From: Lingula anatina
Lineage: Eukaryota; Animalia; Brachiopoda
Direction: 5' to 3'
Assembly (NCBI GenBank): GCA_051362555.1
Contig: CM120641.1
Coordinates: forward strand, 40,926,401 to 40,990,400
Length of the DNA: 64,000 nt
Positions 13,255 to 28,000 of this stretch are shown here, one piece after another; the stretch's first letter is position 1, and every line of letters starts with the position of its first letter. Position numbers and translations under genes: made by a program. Below the pieces are notes generated by a model. The model searched no databases and was not told where the DNA came from. It saw only the letters and a list, made by a program, of their open reading frames with translations.

Positions 13255-16200
13255 ATGGCGTGGAAGCTGTCTCTACTATTTTTATTTCAATGCTATGTCA
13301 TTTGGGGTAGGTATATCATTTTTTGTGGTTTTTGTTGTCATAATTCGTCCAGATATTAAAAAGATATATATTAATAGTGACACATGACTCTTTTAAAAGT
13401 TTATTTTGCTGGAGGAGAAAATCAAAACTATGCGTAAATTTATTGACTGTTTTCAACCAAGTTGAAATATAATGATGATAAGAATTGTTTATGTTAGGCA
13501 TTTCCGGGTTTGTAGATAGTTTTAAGTTTGAAGTTGGATGGCAAGCACAGAAATTATTGCCAAAGGGTTACGTCACATCCCATAAATTATCTGTATAGTC
13601 AATGAAATTGTAACCTATTGACATTTCCTGCCGTTAATAGGTTCGCAAATGTTTCCTTTGTAAAAACGGCACATAAATGCTAAGCAACAGTGGTTGTTAA
13701 ATTGAACGTGTGCATATCCTTAAAACACCACAAGAATATAATTTGCGATCACAATCGCAAATTACGAAGTAAAAGCAGTCTTATTAGAAGTCGGCTAAAA
13801 AGATATTCAGTTTTTTCTGTCCAGTACGTAATAGACATTGTGCGTTTTCTCTCCTTCATGCACGTGAAAAGCAAAACGCGACAGGTTCACTAGTAAGGAT
13901 TTACCAGTTCTTAACGATGTATTTGCAACATACAATTTATGATGTATTTAACGTATTTATTTGATAGTCTTACAGCTGAATAATGCGATTTCTTAGAGTC
14001 CGACTGAAAGAGAGTTCTTAGAATAATTTCTTCATATCTAAAAAGTTTTATTGGTGTTTTTGGGACTGGTGAACCCATTTTCCCCGAAATGGAACGCCCT
14101 TTGAACCAAACCAATGTTTAAAAATTTTTATGTTTTTTATTTACTCAAAACATTATTCCACAGCTTAAAATATATTGCAATTTAGAAATACATCATTATT
14201 GTATTTAAATTATATAGTAAGACGTGATCTATAACGAAACAGCCAGAGTTTCTTTACTCAAGATGCAAGACAGATACATGAACAAAGTTGTAGAAACACG
14301 ATTTTCAGAGAAAGTATAGCCCCTTCAGAAAAAATCTTTAGAGAGGGGTTCAAATTGTCCTCTGGACTATGTCACTTAGATCATGATGATTTATCAATAT
14401 CCTAAAATGTATTAATTTTAGTATATATACAGTAGTACTTCCAAATAGACTTTTGTTTATTTCCAGCAAATCAATGAGGAAATTTTAGCTCGAAACGTTA
14501 GGTCAAACACATGGGCGCTTAAATCTTGGTCTGTTCACACTGGTTTCAGGTTGGAGGAACATTTAAAGATGCATATGCCACAAAAGCCAACCAAATGCCA
14601 GCATATAGTTTCAAGTAGTATAACTAAGATAATTACCAAAAGGCATTGTTAAACGTTACTCGAAAAATGATATATGAAAGAATTTTTCTGCTAGCATTCT
14701 ATGCTGTATATCAATGGGGCAGAAAAGTAGGTCACGAAAGTAGGTTAAATTTCCGACCAAAAATGTAAAGAAAGGAGCAGACTAAAACTCTTTTATGACT
14801 GATCGAGTGAGTTATTCAGTTTATCACTTGGCATGTCGAATTTATTTGAGTCGTGTAAGCTAGTAGAAGTGGTTTATATGTGTTACTGGAAATCCACACT
14901 CAAACGATGCTCGGTTCATATGTACCTTTAATTTTTTTATGAAGCAGCAAAATAATCAGATTTGGATATATGACCTTTCGAATGTTACAAATAAAAAAGG
15001 ATAATAACAGGTAAACGTATTAATTTCGTAGGCTAAATATTTTTCTTATAAGACACAAAGTACTCTTGTATATTTTTGTCAACATCAAAATATGGGAGCT
15101 AGTTGTAGTAACTAACTGTAGATAAAGGATCACTATTTTATGTGTTACATTTTAGACTTAAGTACAATGTCCTCTTTTTGCAACCGTTTTTTAAAAACTG
15201 TCCAGTGACGCACGTGTTGTTTTTTCTACTAGCACCAGTTCCGGCAATCGATTCTTCATCATCAGGACCTGGCATCCTTTCCAGTCAAAGCGAAATGCAC
15301 ACAGCGTCACTTTTCCCTTATGGCAACAATACCTGGCTATTGTCCGATAATCACAACGGCGAAGAAGGCAGCGACGGATCTCCCCTTATGGATTCATCTT
15401 CGATTGATTTAATGAGAAGCAGTTACCTAACTATTCAAATGGCGGTAGATGTCACAAATGCAATACAATCGTCAACAGTCAGCACAAATAACATCCAACA
15501 GGATACAAGTAAAGTTGCTTCACAACCACTTCCTTACTCAGAAGTCCCTTCGTCTTTCTTGACAAATAATAGCTTCCTTTCCAATCCTTTGACAGTAAAT
15601 GAGGCAGTATTAGTTTCAACACCCACTGATTTTACTTCTGATTTCCACGTAGAAACAAGCTCAATCGCCGCAGCCCAATCTTCATTCATCAGCAGCTTTC
15701 CAACATTTCCCATGGCAACCCAAGAAACAAATTTACTGATATCAAATACGAGTGTCAGTACAAATCATGGACAAATAGCTGTAACTATACACGACTCTAT
15801 TAATTCAGATGGACCTTCGCTTTTACCATTAACTAGCAATATTCCCACAATTTCCAAGGCGACCCAAGAAACAAATTTACTGACATCAAACAGGGATGGC
15901 AGTACACAACAAGAACATACTGCTGTGACTGCACACGACTTTATTCATTCAGAGGAACCCTCGTCTCTTTTCTTTAACGGCAGCTTTCCAACATTTTCTA
16001 CGGCAACCCAAGAAACACAGGTACTGATATCAAATACGGGTGTGAGTACACAACAAGAGCAAATTGCTGTAACTGTACATGACTCTATTTATTCAGATGG
16101 AGCTTTTCTTTTGTCAGTAAACAACAACTTTCAAGCAATTTCCACGGCGACCCAAAAAACTAATGTATTGGTATCAACTGCAGATGTCAGTAGACAAGAG

Positions 16201-19200
16201 CCAATTGCTGTAACTGTACACGACTCCGTTCATTCAGATGAACCTGTGCTTCTGTCATTAAACAGCAACTTTCAAACAATTTCCACAGCGACCCAAGAAA
16301 CAAATGTACTGATATCAAACACGGATGTCAGTACACAAGAAGAGCAAATTGTCGAAACTGCACACGAATCTGTTCATTCAGATGTACCTTCGTCTGTTTT
16401 GTTTAACAGCAGCTTTCCAGCAATCTTCACGTCGACTGCAGACACACAAGGATCATTATTAACAGCAGATCAGACTATCTTTATCCAATCGGAAACAAGT
16501 ATAGCTCCTTCATTTCATTCAACTCCCGAAACACGTACAAACATAGCTGTTGATAATTCAACAAATATTGAGGATAACGGAACCTTTGTCACCATGTTTC
16601 CATCGACCCAAGATACGACTGTGACGAATTCAGACGTGGAAATAAGAACTCGAATAACATATGAAGGTAATATTGGTAGATAATTATACATTAAGACAGG
16701 CCTATTCCAAATGCTTGAAATTGAGTGAAGCTTCGTAACTGCTTTGAATACCAGCGCAGAGCGTACATATAGATAAATGTATGAGATTCTCTTCTTTGAT
16801 AAAATTGTCTTGATTATATTTACTGCCAATTATCTTACCCTGCAAAGGTATCAGTTGTTTATCGCCATATATACATATATTTATTTTCTGAACTTTAGAG
16901 TGTAAAGCATGCCCCTAAGTTCTCCCGCCTCTCCAAGACAACGCTGTCCTTCTCTTCCACGTTAACATTGATAACACTTACACTAAGTTGGTGTAAACAC
17001 AACATATTTGGAAAGGCATTTTAATTAAAGTACAGCAATAAATTCCCATTTTTCAGATTTTTGCACCGTTCCATCTCTGACAAACGCATACCTAAACGAG
17101 GGACTACTTCTTTTAAGCAGTGCCATGGACTCGAGCAGTGCAGGGAATCTTGCACCATTAAATACTTCATCGACTAATGTGCTATCAATTTCTACGACGA
17201 GGAACAGCGACCTCGCCCAGATTTCTTCCATCACGTCAACACTGTACTTCAATGCCACTACACATGAGCCAGAGACATTTGATGGGGCACCATCCGCGAT
17301 TTCAACAATTTCCGGCATGCCAGAGGCAACTAATATTTCATCATATAGTGATCAACCACTGGAATCACAATTCACTTTTGAGAGCAATGTTTATTCTTCA
17401 TTCATCCAATCTTCGATTTCTACGACAATTCTCGGCCTTACTGAGCTTACTTCCCCACTCAGTGAAACTCTGTTGCCACTTTCAATCGATTGGATTTCAA
17501 GCGAAACCACAGATGATACGATGTCACTCAATACGGCTGTTATACCATTTTCTATCAATTTTACTGAAAGCCGTGCAGTTCTTGAAACTGTGTCGGCCAA
17601 TGGGAGTATATTCCGATTTTCTACTGCAACAAGCTCAAGTGATTCAACTTTAGGTATTATATCACCAAGTGGCATCACTTCAATTTTTTCTTCCGAAACA
17701 AAGTACAGTGACAGTGCACTAGAAACTATTCTAGTCAATGAAACTGTATCAACCACTCCAAATATAAGTGCAAGTTACTTCACTTTGACACTAAATGACA
17801 CTGTTGTTTCTTCTGTTCCCGACTCAATTGCAATCGAAAATGAGACGGTACATTCCTCATCGTATGCCAATTCAGGCTCTCTTGATGTAGGAGCAGATGC
17901 TGTCAGACAGACACTTGACCGAACCGACCTTTTAGGAGAAAACACTTTAGAGACTGGTCTGAGTGGTTTGGAGGTTTCCACACATAGCCAGCTCCAAGAG
18001 AGCTCCTTTCAAAACATGCTATTTACACTGGAACCTTCTACAACAGACATAATCATTTCGGAAAGTGGAAACAGTACATTGGGGACTAATCACTATTCTA
18101 CTTTTCAAATGTCAATGAATACCAGCAATTCAAGTATTGCAACTATATTCTCTGACAATAATAGGACCGCTTTTAATGATATGGGAAACGCTAGTGGCGT
18201 TACTAATTTTCACAACACCATTAGTTCAACTGATATTTTGTTTGATGGAAATGCCACTCCCAATAATTTAATGGCGACTGCACATGGTAAGTACGAAGCG
18301 CTACTGAAAGGATATAATTCATAAAAATAATATGTAGTAGGCTTATCCCATACAGAAATCTAGACCAGAACTGTTTTTTTTTAAGTGCAAACTACGCCTT
18401 TGTAAAATATTATTTATTCTCAGTTTTTAAGTGGATTATACAGGCTGTCTTGATGGTATACTATATAGTTTTTATAACAATTATTTAAGTAGTTTTGTGG
18501 AATTCCTACTGTAGAAATAATTACGAGCGCAGTGTAAATCGAAAAACTCTATGGATATTATTGAAAGTTCAACGGGACTCCAAACATTCGATCCGGTTAT
18601 ATTTTGCAGATTGGAGTATACTAAGCATTGGTATGTCTGTCACGTACCAATGTTCCAATGGCTATACTATGGCTGGCGGGGAAAACAGCAGAGTTTTGGG
18701 ATGTTCGGGAGTCGGGTCTAATTATGTCGTGTGGGACGGCGACTTTAGTCCATGTTTAAGTACGTACATGTATGTCTTGGCTTTCTAAATAACTACCCAG
18801 CAGACAAACGACATTGATTCACCGTTGAATCAACGTTAATTTTGGTGGATCAACGTTGAATCAACGTAGAATCAATGTCGTTTGCCTGCTGGGTATATGC
18901 TTGTAGCATCATTTTTTGCGCATTTTACACTGTCAGGTTTGTTAAGTTCTTAACTGATTAGCCATTCCTAGCAGATGCTAGCATTTTTGTCTGCCAATGA
19001 ACTGTTGGGAAACTTCCTACTAAAGCACAAAGATGGCAGTGTGGTAAGTTTGTCTAAATAACGAATAAGCAATATGCGCGCCACAGTGGGCTCAAATGAT
19101 TTACTATTTGTTGTGCAATGTTAACAGGTGAGTGTTTCTACTTATCAGATTTAGGTATGCAGGCATACCTTCATCGAGAATGATGAACAAGTATTCAAGA

Positions 19201-22200
19201 CTAAGGCTCTATTCCCATAATTTTTAGATCGATCTATCCCCGCGGGGAGTCTCACTAGATTACTTTCAGATAATCCGACTTAAATGTCCGTCCCGCCTAC
19301 TACAAGCTGTAAGGGGGTAATTAACTTTCGTGTCCGCCCGGCTGATAGCTATTTAGCGTGAACCCCCAGGGAGTTAGGTCGATCTAAAGTAGGTCGATCT
19401 AATCTATGGAAATGGGGTGTAAGGCAAATTTAGGATAAAGTAGGCTAATTTTTTCTTCAAGCAACTGTTTAATATTGAAATTGCTTACCTCCAACATTTC
19501 GATATCTGTCGGGTTACTTTCTTCAGAAATGAGGCTATCCAGGTAACAAAGCAAATTAAATGATACAATGTTCACTAAATATAATTTCATAAATACGGAA
19601 TTGAGAAAGGTTTCCACACTTTGGCCTGTTCTTGGCATGAAATCACATAGAGATTGAGGCTTCCATACCAACGTTCCCTATCCAAGGTACAGGTTACCTC
19701 GTAACTGTAAATAAATGATGTATTACAGACACCACAGCAAAAAAAAAAAAAAAAAAAAAATCACCTCTACATTATCCATTAACTGTGCACGACACAGGCA
19801 TATTATCTAGGAGTGAGTTTCCAGTGACTTCTGAAAGGCAGGCTTTGTATTGTTTTCTAGGGAATGTTAACTGCACTTTGGAATATCGTCCTTACATGAG
19901 GATGACCCCTGACTCGGGAGTTGTGGCCGTCGGTAACACGGTGGAGTACACGTGCGACCCGCCGTATGTCCTAGACAATGGGGATATCACTGGCACTAAT
20001 GAATGTACTATGTACAATGAAACGCATGGGACTTGGAACACGACACAGCCAAGTTGTGAAAGTAAGTTTTTGTATTGTATGGGATTTATTTAATGCATCC
20101 TTGAGTGGATACGTTTGGGATATAAACCATGCATTTGTATACATGTATTTCGTCTCATCCATTTAAGACTTTCTTAGAAATTTTCTGACCCCATCAGAAA
20201 TATGAGTCCTATAGCACACTTGAAATAATTAAAATAACCTGTTTGTGTCATCTCTAGTTTTTTTTTTAGCTTGATGTTTATTTAACGAGAGATTTTTTTT
20301 TGTTCATTTATCAGAACTGCTAACCAACTTCGTTTTCTTCATTTTTGTCTTTCTTTCCCACAACGATTTGGTAGTTTATTCATTCGATCACTTACTGATT
20401 TTTAATTAATGAGTATTCTTTTAATGAATTAATTAATTCATTCATTCATTCATTCATTCGTTAACGTATCATTTTCTAATTTTAGTTGCTGAATGCCCGG
20501 TAATAGACCATGGACGATCAAATCGTAATACCACAAACACTTCCCTTGGAACGACTGTAAAAATAACATGCAAGAAGGGATACGTATTCAGTAACTACCT
20601 CGAAGAGGTTATTATTCGCTGCGAATTTATAAATGGTACAGGAGCAGTATGGAGTGAAGCTCTGCCTAGGTGCAGGGAAAGTAAGGAAAATTAAGAGATT
20701 GTCATTTATTTTAGTATATTAATGTTACAGATTCGTTGCGTTGCAATTTACTGTCACTTTCGAAAAACGATCAGGGAGGAATTTAGTTGATCTCTTGGAA
20801 GTAACTTTTAGCTGATGATACACTACGTTTTGCAGTGTTTGAATTATAATTATAAAGGCGTAGGAATATGTCGCGCCCGCTTTGCAATGGTTTGCAGATT
20901 CAGTAATTAATTATGAATAATACAGATATTTATTATCATTCAGATGTGACGTACGGTCTGGATCCGGGTCCTTCACACGGCCGCCTACTGGTTTACCTAG
21001 ATAACAGTTGGGGAGCCGTGAGTAGAATGTATTTGAACAGTGATAAACATTTACGGTCCAAAATCGCAAGCGCCACCTGTCGCTCGCTCGGCTTCATCGG
21101 CGGAGAGTACTATAGCGGGTACAATGATATCTCTGTAGGCTCACCGCCGTCTTTTTGTTGGCTGACAAACCCGATTTGTGAAGGAGACGAGGCCACGTTT
21201 GAAGACTGCAGAAACTGGGGATTTACAAATAGACAATGTGATGTCTCACATCACCTATACGTGACGTGCTTTGATAGGTCACGGGGTAGGTAACCTTTAC
21301 CATAGATAAGCCTTTCCAGTCTATATTTTTAGAAGGTATTTTCATTTGAAAATTTACAAAAAAGTTATTACATTAAGTATTCTGTAATGGCTAGTGTTTG
21401 AGAGACAAAAATACGAATGTAAGCATGTCGTTAAATTTATGCCGTTTTTAACACAACCGGCTTTTTCACTTTTACTTTTGTTAGATTTATAGCCATAAAT
21501 ATTTCAAAGACCACTAGGTATGTAACAGGTCTGTAGCCAGCATATTTATTTTATCTGTGGTCCCTTTGTTTCCCTTTGAGTCAACCCAGATCAAAAGGGC
21601 GGTTCTTTCGAAACCTCCTCCCCCCTCCCCCTCCCCTTGGCCACGGGCCTGTGTAGTTGAGCTATATTTCAAAGATTCAACGGCAAATGCTATATATTCA
21701 ATTGTTTTACGTAAGTCATGCTCTCACATATTCTCAGTAAAATTGCCAATGAAGTATTAAGCGTAACAAGGTTTACGGCATGTTTCAGTGATGATAAGCT
21801 ACGGTAGCTACGGCTATGTACACGCCGTGTCGTCCACATGGGAGTGGCAGACGGTTTGTGACAGCACCTGGACAGATGCAGAAGCCGGGGTTCTCTGTCG
21901 CCAGAAAGGTTTTTCCGCCGGTGAAGCTTACTGTTGTTCTGCCCTTGGCTACCACGGAGATAGCATCTCACGTTGGCCACATTCGGATGAAGACATGGCA
22001 TTTCAATGTGGGGGCAACGAAACGAACCTTGCCAACTGTAATGTTACAACCGGAGACACTTGCCGTTATTCCTTCGATACGGCGGGAGTTCTGTGCTACG
22101 ATAACAACACCATCGTAAACAATGCAATCGCAGGTTACTACACTTTTCATCAATGCGAATATGTTCTTTTTTATTACGGGTTGCTTTCCTGGTTTGTTCC

Positions 22201-24998
22201 ACGAATCCGACAAATTTCGCAATGCCAAAACACTTTTTTATTTATTTTCCCCAGACATAATTTATTTGAAACACTTATAGCTTCTTCCTTAACTGTAAGC
22301 TGATTCACTACTAGATTAACATTTTTATCTGGCATCGTATATGTACCTAGGTGAAAATGATTATGCACAGAAAACCTTCTATAAACCGTTTATATTTTAA
22401 AAACATTATGGATTCAAGAAACACTTCTTTTATATTTTTATAAGACCAATGACAGACAATTCCTTTATTTTTAACTGCAGGCCACCTCACAATAGAGTTA
22501 ATGAATGATTACGGTTTTGATGGAGCAGGAGATGTCATATTCGACTACGGCGGAATAGCCGGCACAGTCTGCGATACAGATTGGACGATAGAGGACGCCA
22601 CAGTGGCTTGCAAAATGAAAGGCAAGTTGCAATAACACTCCTTACCTTGCACCTTTGATTAAAGGTTCTGTATACGGGTTACGCTGGGCAGATCTAGTTT
22701 TCCCCGAGAAAAGTAGTTTTTGTGCTCACGAATCAGTGCCCGACCCAACTGCACTTGGATACGATGTTTGGTACCATATCTAACTGAATAACGTAGTTCT
22801 AAATGAGCTATTTAGAGAGACATAAAAAAAATAATGGAAAAAAAAACACGACATCAGTGCTTTTAAATGAGACGTTGTTTCGTTTTTAAGATCTGGCTTG
22901 GGAAAGAGGAGACGCCTTGCAAGTTCTGTCTGTGACCAAGAGTCATTCAAAGTTTTTCTATGTTAATTTGACAACGATCTTTAATGCGGAAGACTATAAA
23001 ACACTGTCCAGACAACATACAAATGAGCATATTGCTATTATTTCATCATTTCCTGTGCGTTCATACTAGCTAAAACAACTTTTTTTCTCTTCGTTCAGGC
23101 TACATTGGAGGAGGCATTCCGATATGTTATTCTGGGTTTGAAAACATTTTGCCTGATTTTGGCTTGACTGAGGTAAACTGTACAGGGAATGAGCTAACAC
23201 TATTGGAATGCTCTGGTCTGAAATGGACTGGTAGAGGATCTACGTACCGAACATGTTCGTCGTCTGAAATCGCAGGAGTTGTCTGTTACAACAGCACAAA
23301 TGCAACTAGTCACGGTAAATTTATCTGTTTGTGCATAAATTTATTTAATCTGGTTTTATCAGTCTCACAAATGTCAAAATGTTGAAAAAGTTAAGACGAT
23401 TGATTTTTACTAAAAGAACTTTGTGAAGCATATGCATAGGCTAACTTTCTCTTTTAAGAGAGAATTTATGTGATTACGAGAGTTATTGACCGTGGAAAGG
23501 CTCTTGCAGTCGTCATTGAATATAAACGGAGCTGCATGTATGTATATTAACATTTCAGGGGCTGAATACAGATTACAAACAATGGAGTGGATAGATGGCG
23601 CACATTCTGAAGTATTTGGAGGGTCAGACGGCGTGGTTCAGGTCAAATACCATGGTGTATGGGGGACCGTAGGCAGAACAGGGTGGTCAGACGCAGCAGC
23701 AGCCGTGGTGTGCTCACGCCTCGGCTACAGAACCGGTATTGGGTTCCCAAGACCTGTGTACAGAAGCTGGAAATCTTGGGATCCATCGTTAGTACAGTGG
23801 TACGAAGGGGTGCAGTGTGACGGAAATGAGACCTCTCTCGAGGCATGCGCACACTCGGGTACCTGTCATTATGCAAATCATTTGTGGGACGTGTCAGTCA
23901 GTTGCTTCGATACTTGGGAAGGTGAGTTAGTTTTAATGGAAGTTTATTTGCATCGCTTCTGACCATTTTCTACGATTTAGCATGTATGTGATATGAAAAA
24001 TGGAAAATCTTTGGATATATAACACACTACTGGCAAAGTACTAAATTACATATGACCATATAATCATATAGGCCTATATACAATTTATTTTATACTTATT
24101 ATTTTATAGGTCTTACCGTAAGATTCGCGGCAGTGTTCTCTTTCTTTTCGAATAGTTTGGGGACTTTAGTAGTAGAGCACCAGGGTTCGAATGGATTCGT
24201 ATGCACGGATGGGTTTGACGATACGGAGGCCAGTATAATTTGCAGAGCTAATGGGTATAAATCGGGAAGATCTGTTTATCATCATTCTAACATAGATTAC
24301 CTTCGAGGCCCAGCGTGGATATCCCAACTTAACTGCAGTGGCAGCGAGAGCTCTCTAACAGACTGCCCATATGTTGTCAATGATGAGAACTGTTACTCGG
24401 GTTCTTGGTTGAGAAGAGCGGCTGTTTTGTGTTTAGAGACAATAGGTTTGTAGTGGTAACTGTAGCGTACTGGTATTGATTATTCAAAAGAAAAACTAAA
24501 GTAAACTTGTTTAACGTATATGTATGCTTCCCTGGGACTAATTAGGTCATCACTTACATTTCTGGTAAAATAAGGTTTATTTCACACAGTGTAATTCAAT
24601 GAATTAACTAATGATTTTCATACCGTGGAGGGCGTGTGCGTCATCTTTTCGTTTCGCCATATTTTGCTGTATGAAAATTGAGAAAGATGGTGTTAGATCT
24701 TGTGTCCGTGCAGTACGATTTGTATCTGACTTTTCAGATCCGCAAGATAGCATCCACTATCGACTGGAAGAAGGCACCATGTTCAGCGGCAAAGTTATGG
24801 TCGGCGTGAACGGCCTTTGGAAACCAATATCAGAGAGATATTTTGCGACAACAGAGAGCACAGTATTTTGTAGACAGATGGGCTTTGATTACGGTGTTAG
24901 ATATACCTACGGCGACGCAGGGTGTATAGATTCCAATTCACGTTGGGACATGTGGTTAACCGTAGGTGTAACGTTGTTTTTTTATAACTGTCTCCACA

Positions 24999-25029
<31 letters not shown>

Positions 25030-28000
25030 AAAAGTAAAGAAAAGAAAAGAAAATAGCAGGACCCAACATTTAAAATACTTTCAAATTGATCCGCTGTTTG
25101 GACAGTTTTAATGTACATTTTTTTTTGGGGGGGGGGGGGGGGCGAGGTAGCAACTTCAAAAACTTTCTTTTTTAATTTCAAAAGTAAACAGTTTTTATTG
25201 AGAAAAATGCGTGTAATTTTACACTAACAATTTATACCCTACTTTGTTAGATTCATAACTCCTTTCAGGTCGATGAATGCAATCCAGATTATCATACCAC
25301 TCTAGAAGAGTGCACGATAGAGGGAAGATACTGGCAAGGGTCTATACGATGTCGCCCCCCACGAGTCCTGTGCTACTTCGAAGCTGGCGACGGTACGTTT
25401 ATACACATATATAGTTATTTATAATACTACAGGAATAGAGAGACATTTTTGCTCTATTTAATAATTGCTTGAAAACTTTTGTGGCAAAGAGAGCCACCGG
25501 GATACTCGACACAGGGAAAGTAAGGATAATTATGCGGTAAGGCTAATAAATTATGATAACGTAATGAAAATTAACTGAAAAGAAAGATATGGTTTCTGAA
25601 ATATGAAAGACGAGAGTTTTCACTCTCTTCCCTGTTTTGCAGATATAAAGGTTGAATATAAAAGTACCTAATTTCAGCAATGTTTATCTTTTTTCAATTT
25701 GATATAAAGGGTTCATAAGTTGATGGTAACTAACTAAGCTTGCATGAAATTTCTTGAGTGCGAACGGGTTTTGTAAATATTTTCTAATTGAAGCGTAAAA
25801 ACCAAGCGCGAAAACGAGGATTACCGCTGTATCAACACGATATCTACGGATTTACCACCGTCCTCCGCTCACCCCCCCCCCCCCCTCCCCCAGTCCTACA
25901 CTTTTCCCCACAAACCACCGGTAAATACCACAACACCACCGATGTATTTTGTCCCTCCCCACATACGTGCAGTTTTCCTGACCTCGCTATGGATGAGCCA
26001 CGGTGTCTATTCATCAGAGCCCTGTTATTGATATGTACCGAGTGAGAAGAGTACACACGTGTCACTAATAAGTGATCAGATTATCTACTTGTTACTTTGA
26101 TATATTTACGTCTTACCATGCATGTGATATATTTCTTTATTTTAAAGTGTGCACGGGTGGTGCATCTCACCCTGATGTGATAGAACACAAGTGGGGCCAA
26201 ATTCGAAGTCCGCGGAGACCCGCAGTAACCAATTCTGATTACGATGTGCAATGCTGGTGGCTGCTACAAGTTCCACGTCAGTATGTTTTGAATGTGGAAA
26301 TCTTTGTCAAGGTAGGGATGTAGTTTATTTATATTTTGTAACAGTTACTAAGTGCTCGCATGACGTCTCACAGGTTTGATCTCACACTTTATTAAAACGT
26401 TTATCCTGTGGAAATTCACGTATTGCAAAACAAGTCAGTTTTACTGAGAAGAAATTGAATAATATAGAAGCAAATGCTCAAGGGGTTAGTACCTGAGCAG
26501 TTGCAGCTAATAATGATGAACAACCCCCCCCACACACACACACACTCAAAGACACACACATTCGACAATGAGTGTTGAGCGCATAATAACAGATTATTCA
26601 CTGTTTTAGATGGACGCTACCAACCTGACTCTGTACGACGGCTCCAGTGTCAACTCCAATGTATTATTGTTCCTGTGCGGCAGTGGAGAAAGTGAGCAAT
26701 CACTGCAAACGACTGGACATCAGCTACTTATTCACTACGACCAGGCTTCCTACACGGACTACTTTATATTGGGATATGAAGCTGGTAAGATCAATGAAAT
26801 ACTTGAAGTTTTACTTATATAAAGTCACAGTTTGTAAATCTTGACCCTTCCCTTCTGCATAAAGGTTTCCCAGTCTTAAATGAATGTATCTGAGAAATAT
26901 TGAAGGAAAAAGAATGGTCCTTTTGAATGGTATTTGTTTGTTAGTGTGATTGCGTTTTTTTCTGTACTTGTCATTGTTACATTCCTTTCAGTTTGTAATA
27001 GCATTCACGGAGTGCCCGCATGGCGTAATACAGCCAACGTCACGTCCTTGTATGGTAAGAACGTCACCTTGTTATTTACCGGGAGCGATTGGAATGCAAC
27101 CTGTGAAAATTTTTCATCCGAGTGCCTCAGTGGTATACAAGCCTGTCAACTGTCATGTGACGCGAATGCGTACTGCTGGACATTATACTATGATATACAT
27201 AATGGCAGCTGCTACAATGGGGTTCGCTCGTACCAAAACGGCAAGACAGTAGATCTCACAGATGTTCACCTTTTGCAATATGAAATTGATTGTACAGGTA
27301 AGAAACTGAAAAAGCACGATGAAAATATAGATGAGGCAGTCTTCGATAATGCTTCTAATTAAATATAAAACGTAAATGCCATTCACTTTTAGGCTGTGTC
27401 AAGACTTTTGTAACGAATATTGAATATTAGGTTACCATTGCGTGGATCCTAGTTTGTATCATACTTAATATTTCAGTCAATGGTTCGTGGTCTGCCTGGT
27501 CGTCATGGTCACATATGCCAGTCACGTGCGGGTCAGGGGTCATCAGCAGGACTAGAACATGCACAGATCCAAGTCCACATTTCGGAGGGTCAGACTGCGA
27601 AGGCAATTCCACAGAGGAGACTTTGGCTTACTCACAAAATTGCCCAGTCCCATGCCCTGCGCCAAATAGCACGAACGATTCTTTTCTTATCCCAATTTCA
27701 AATAGATCATATTATCTTTGGAATGAGCAACTTGATGTTTTCTGTGTGCCTGGGTATTCATCTTTGAGTGGCCAAACCGAATACACCATTACGTGTGGAT
27801 ACAACGGTACCTGGGACATGGAAAATGTAACATGTGTTTTAAAAAGTAGTTTAGTTGACTCAGAAACGGTTAACTACAACCATTCTGAGACGAGCATGGT
27901 AGTAACGTCGGTGTCACTGACTGGAATGGAATATACTGATAGTGCAACAACTATCTCGTATTCATCTTTGGTAGACTCGGTGCTGTTTAATGTGTCACAG

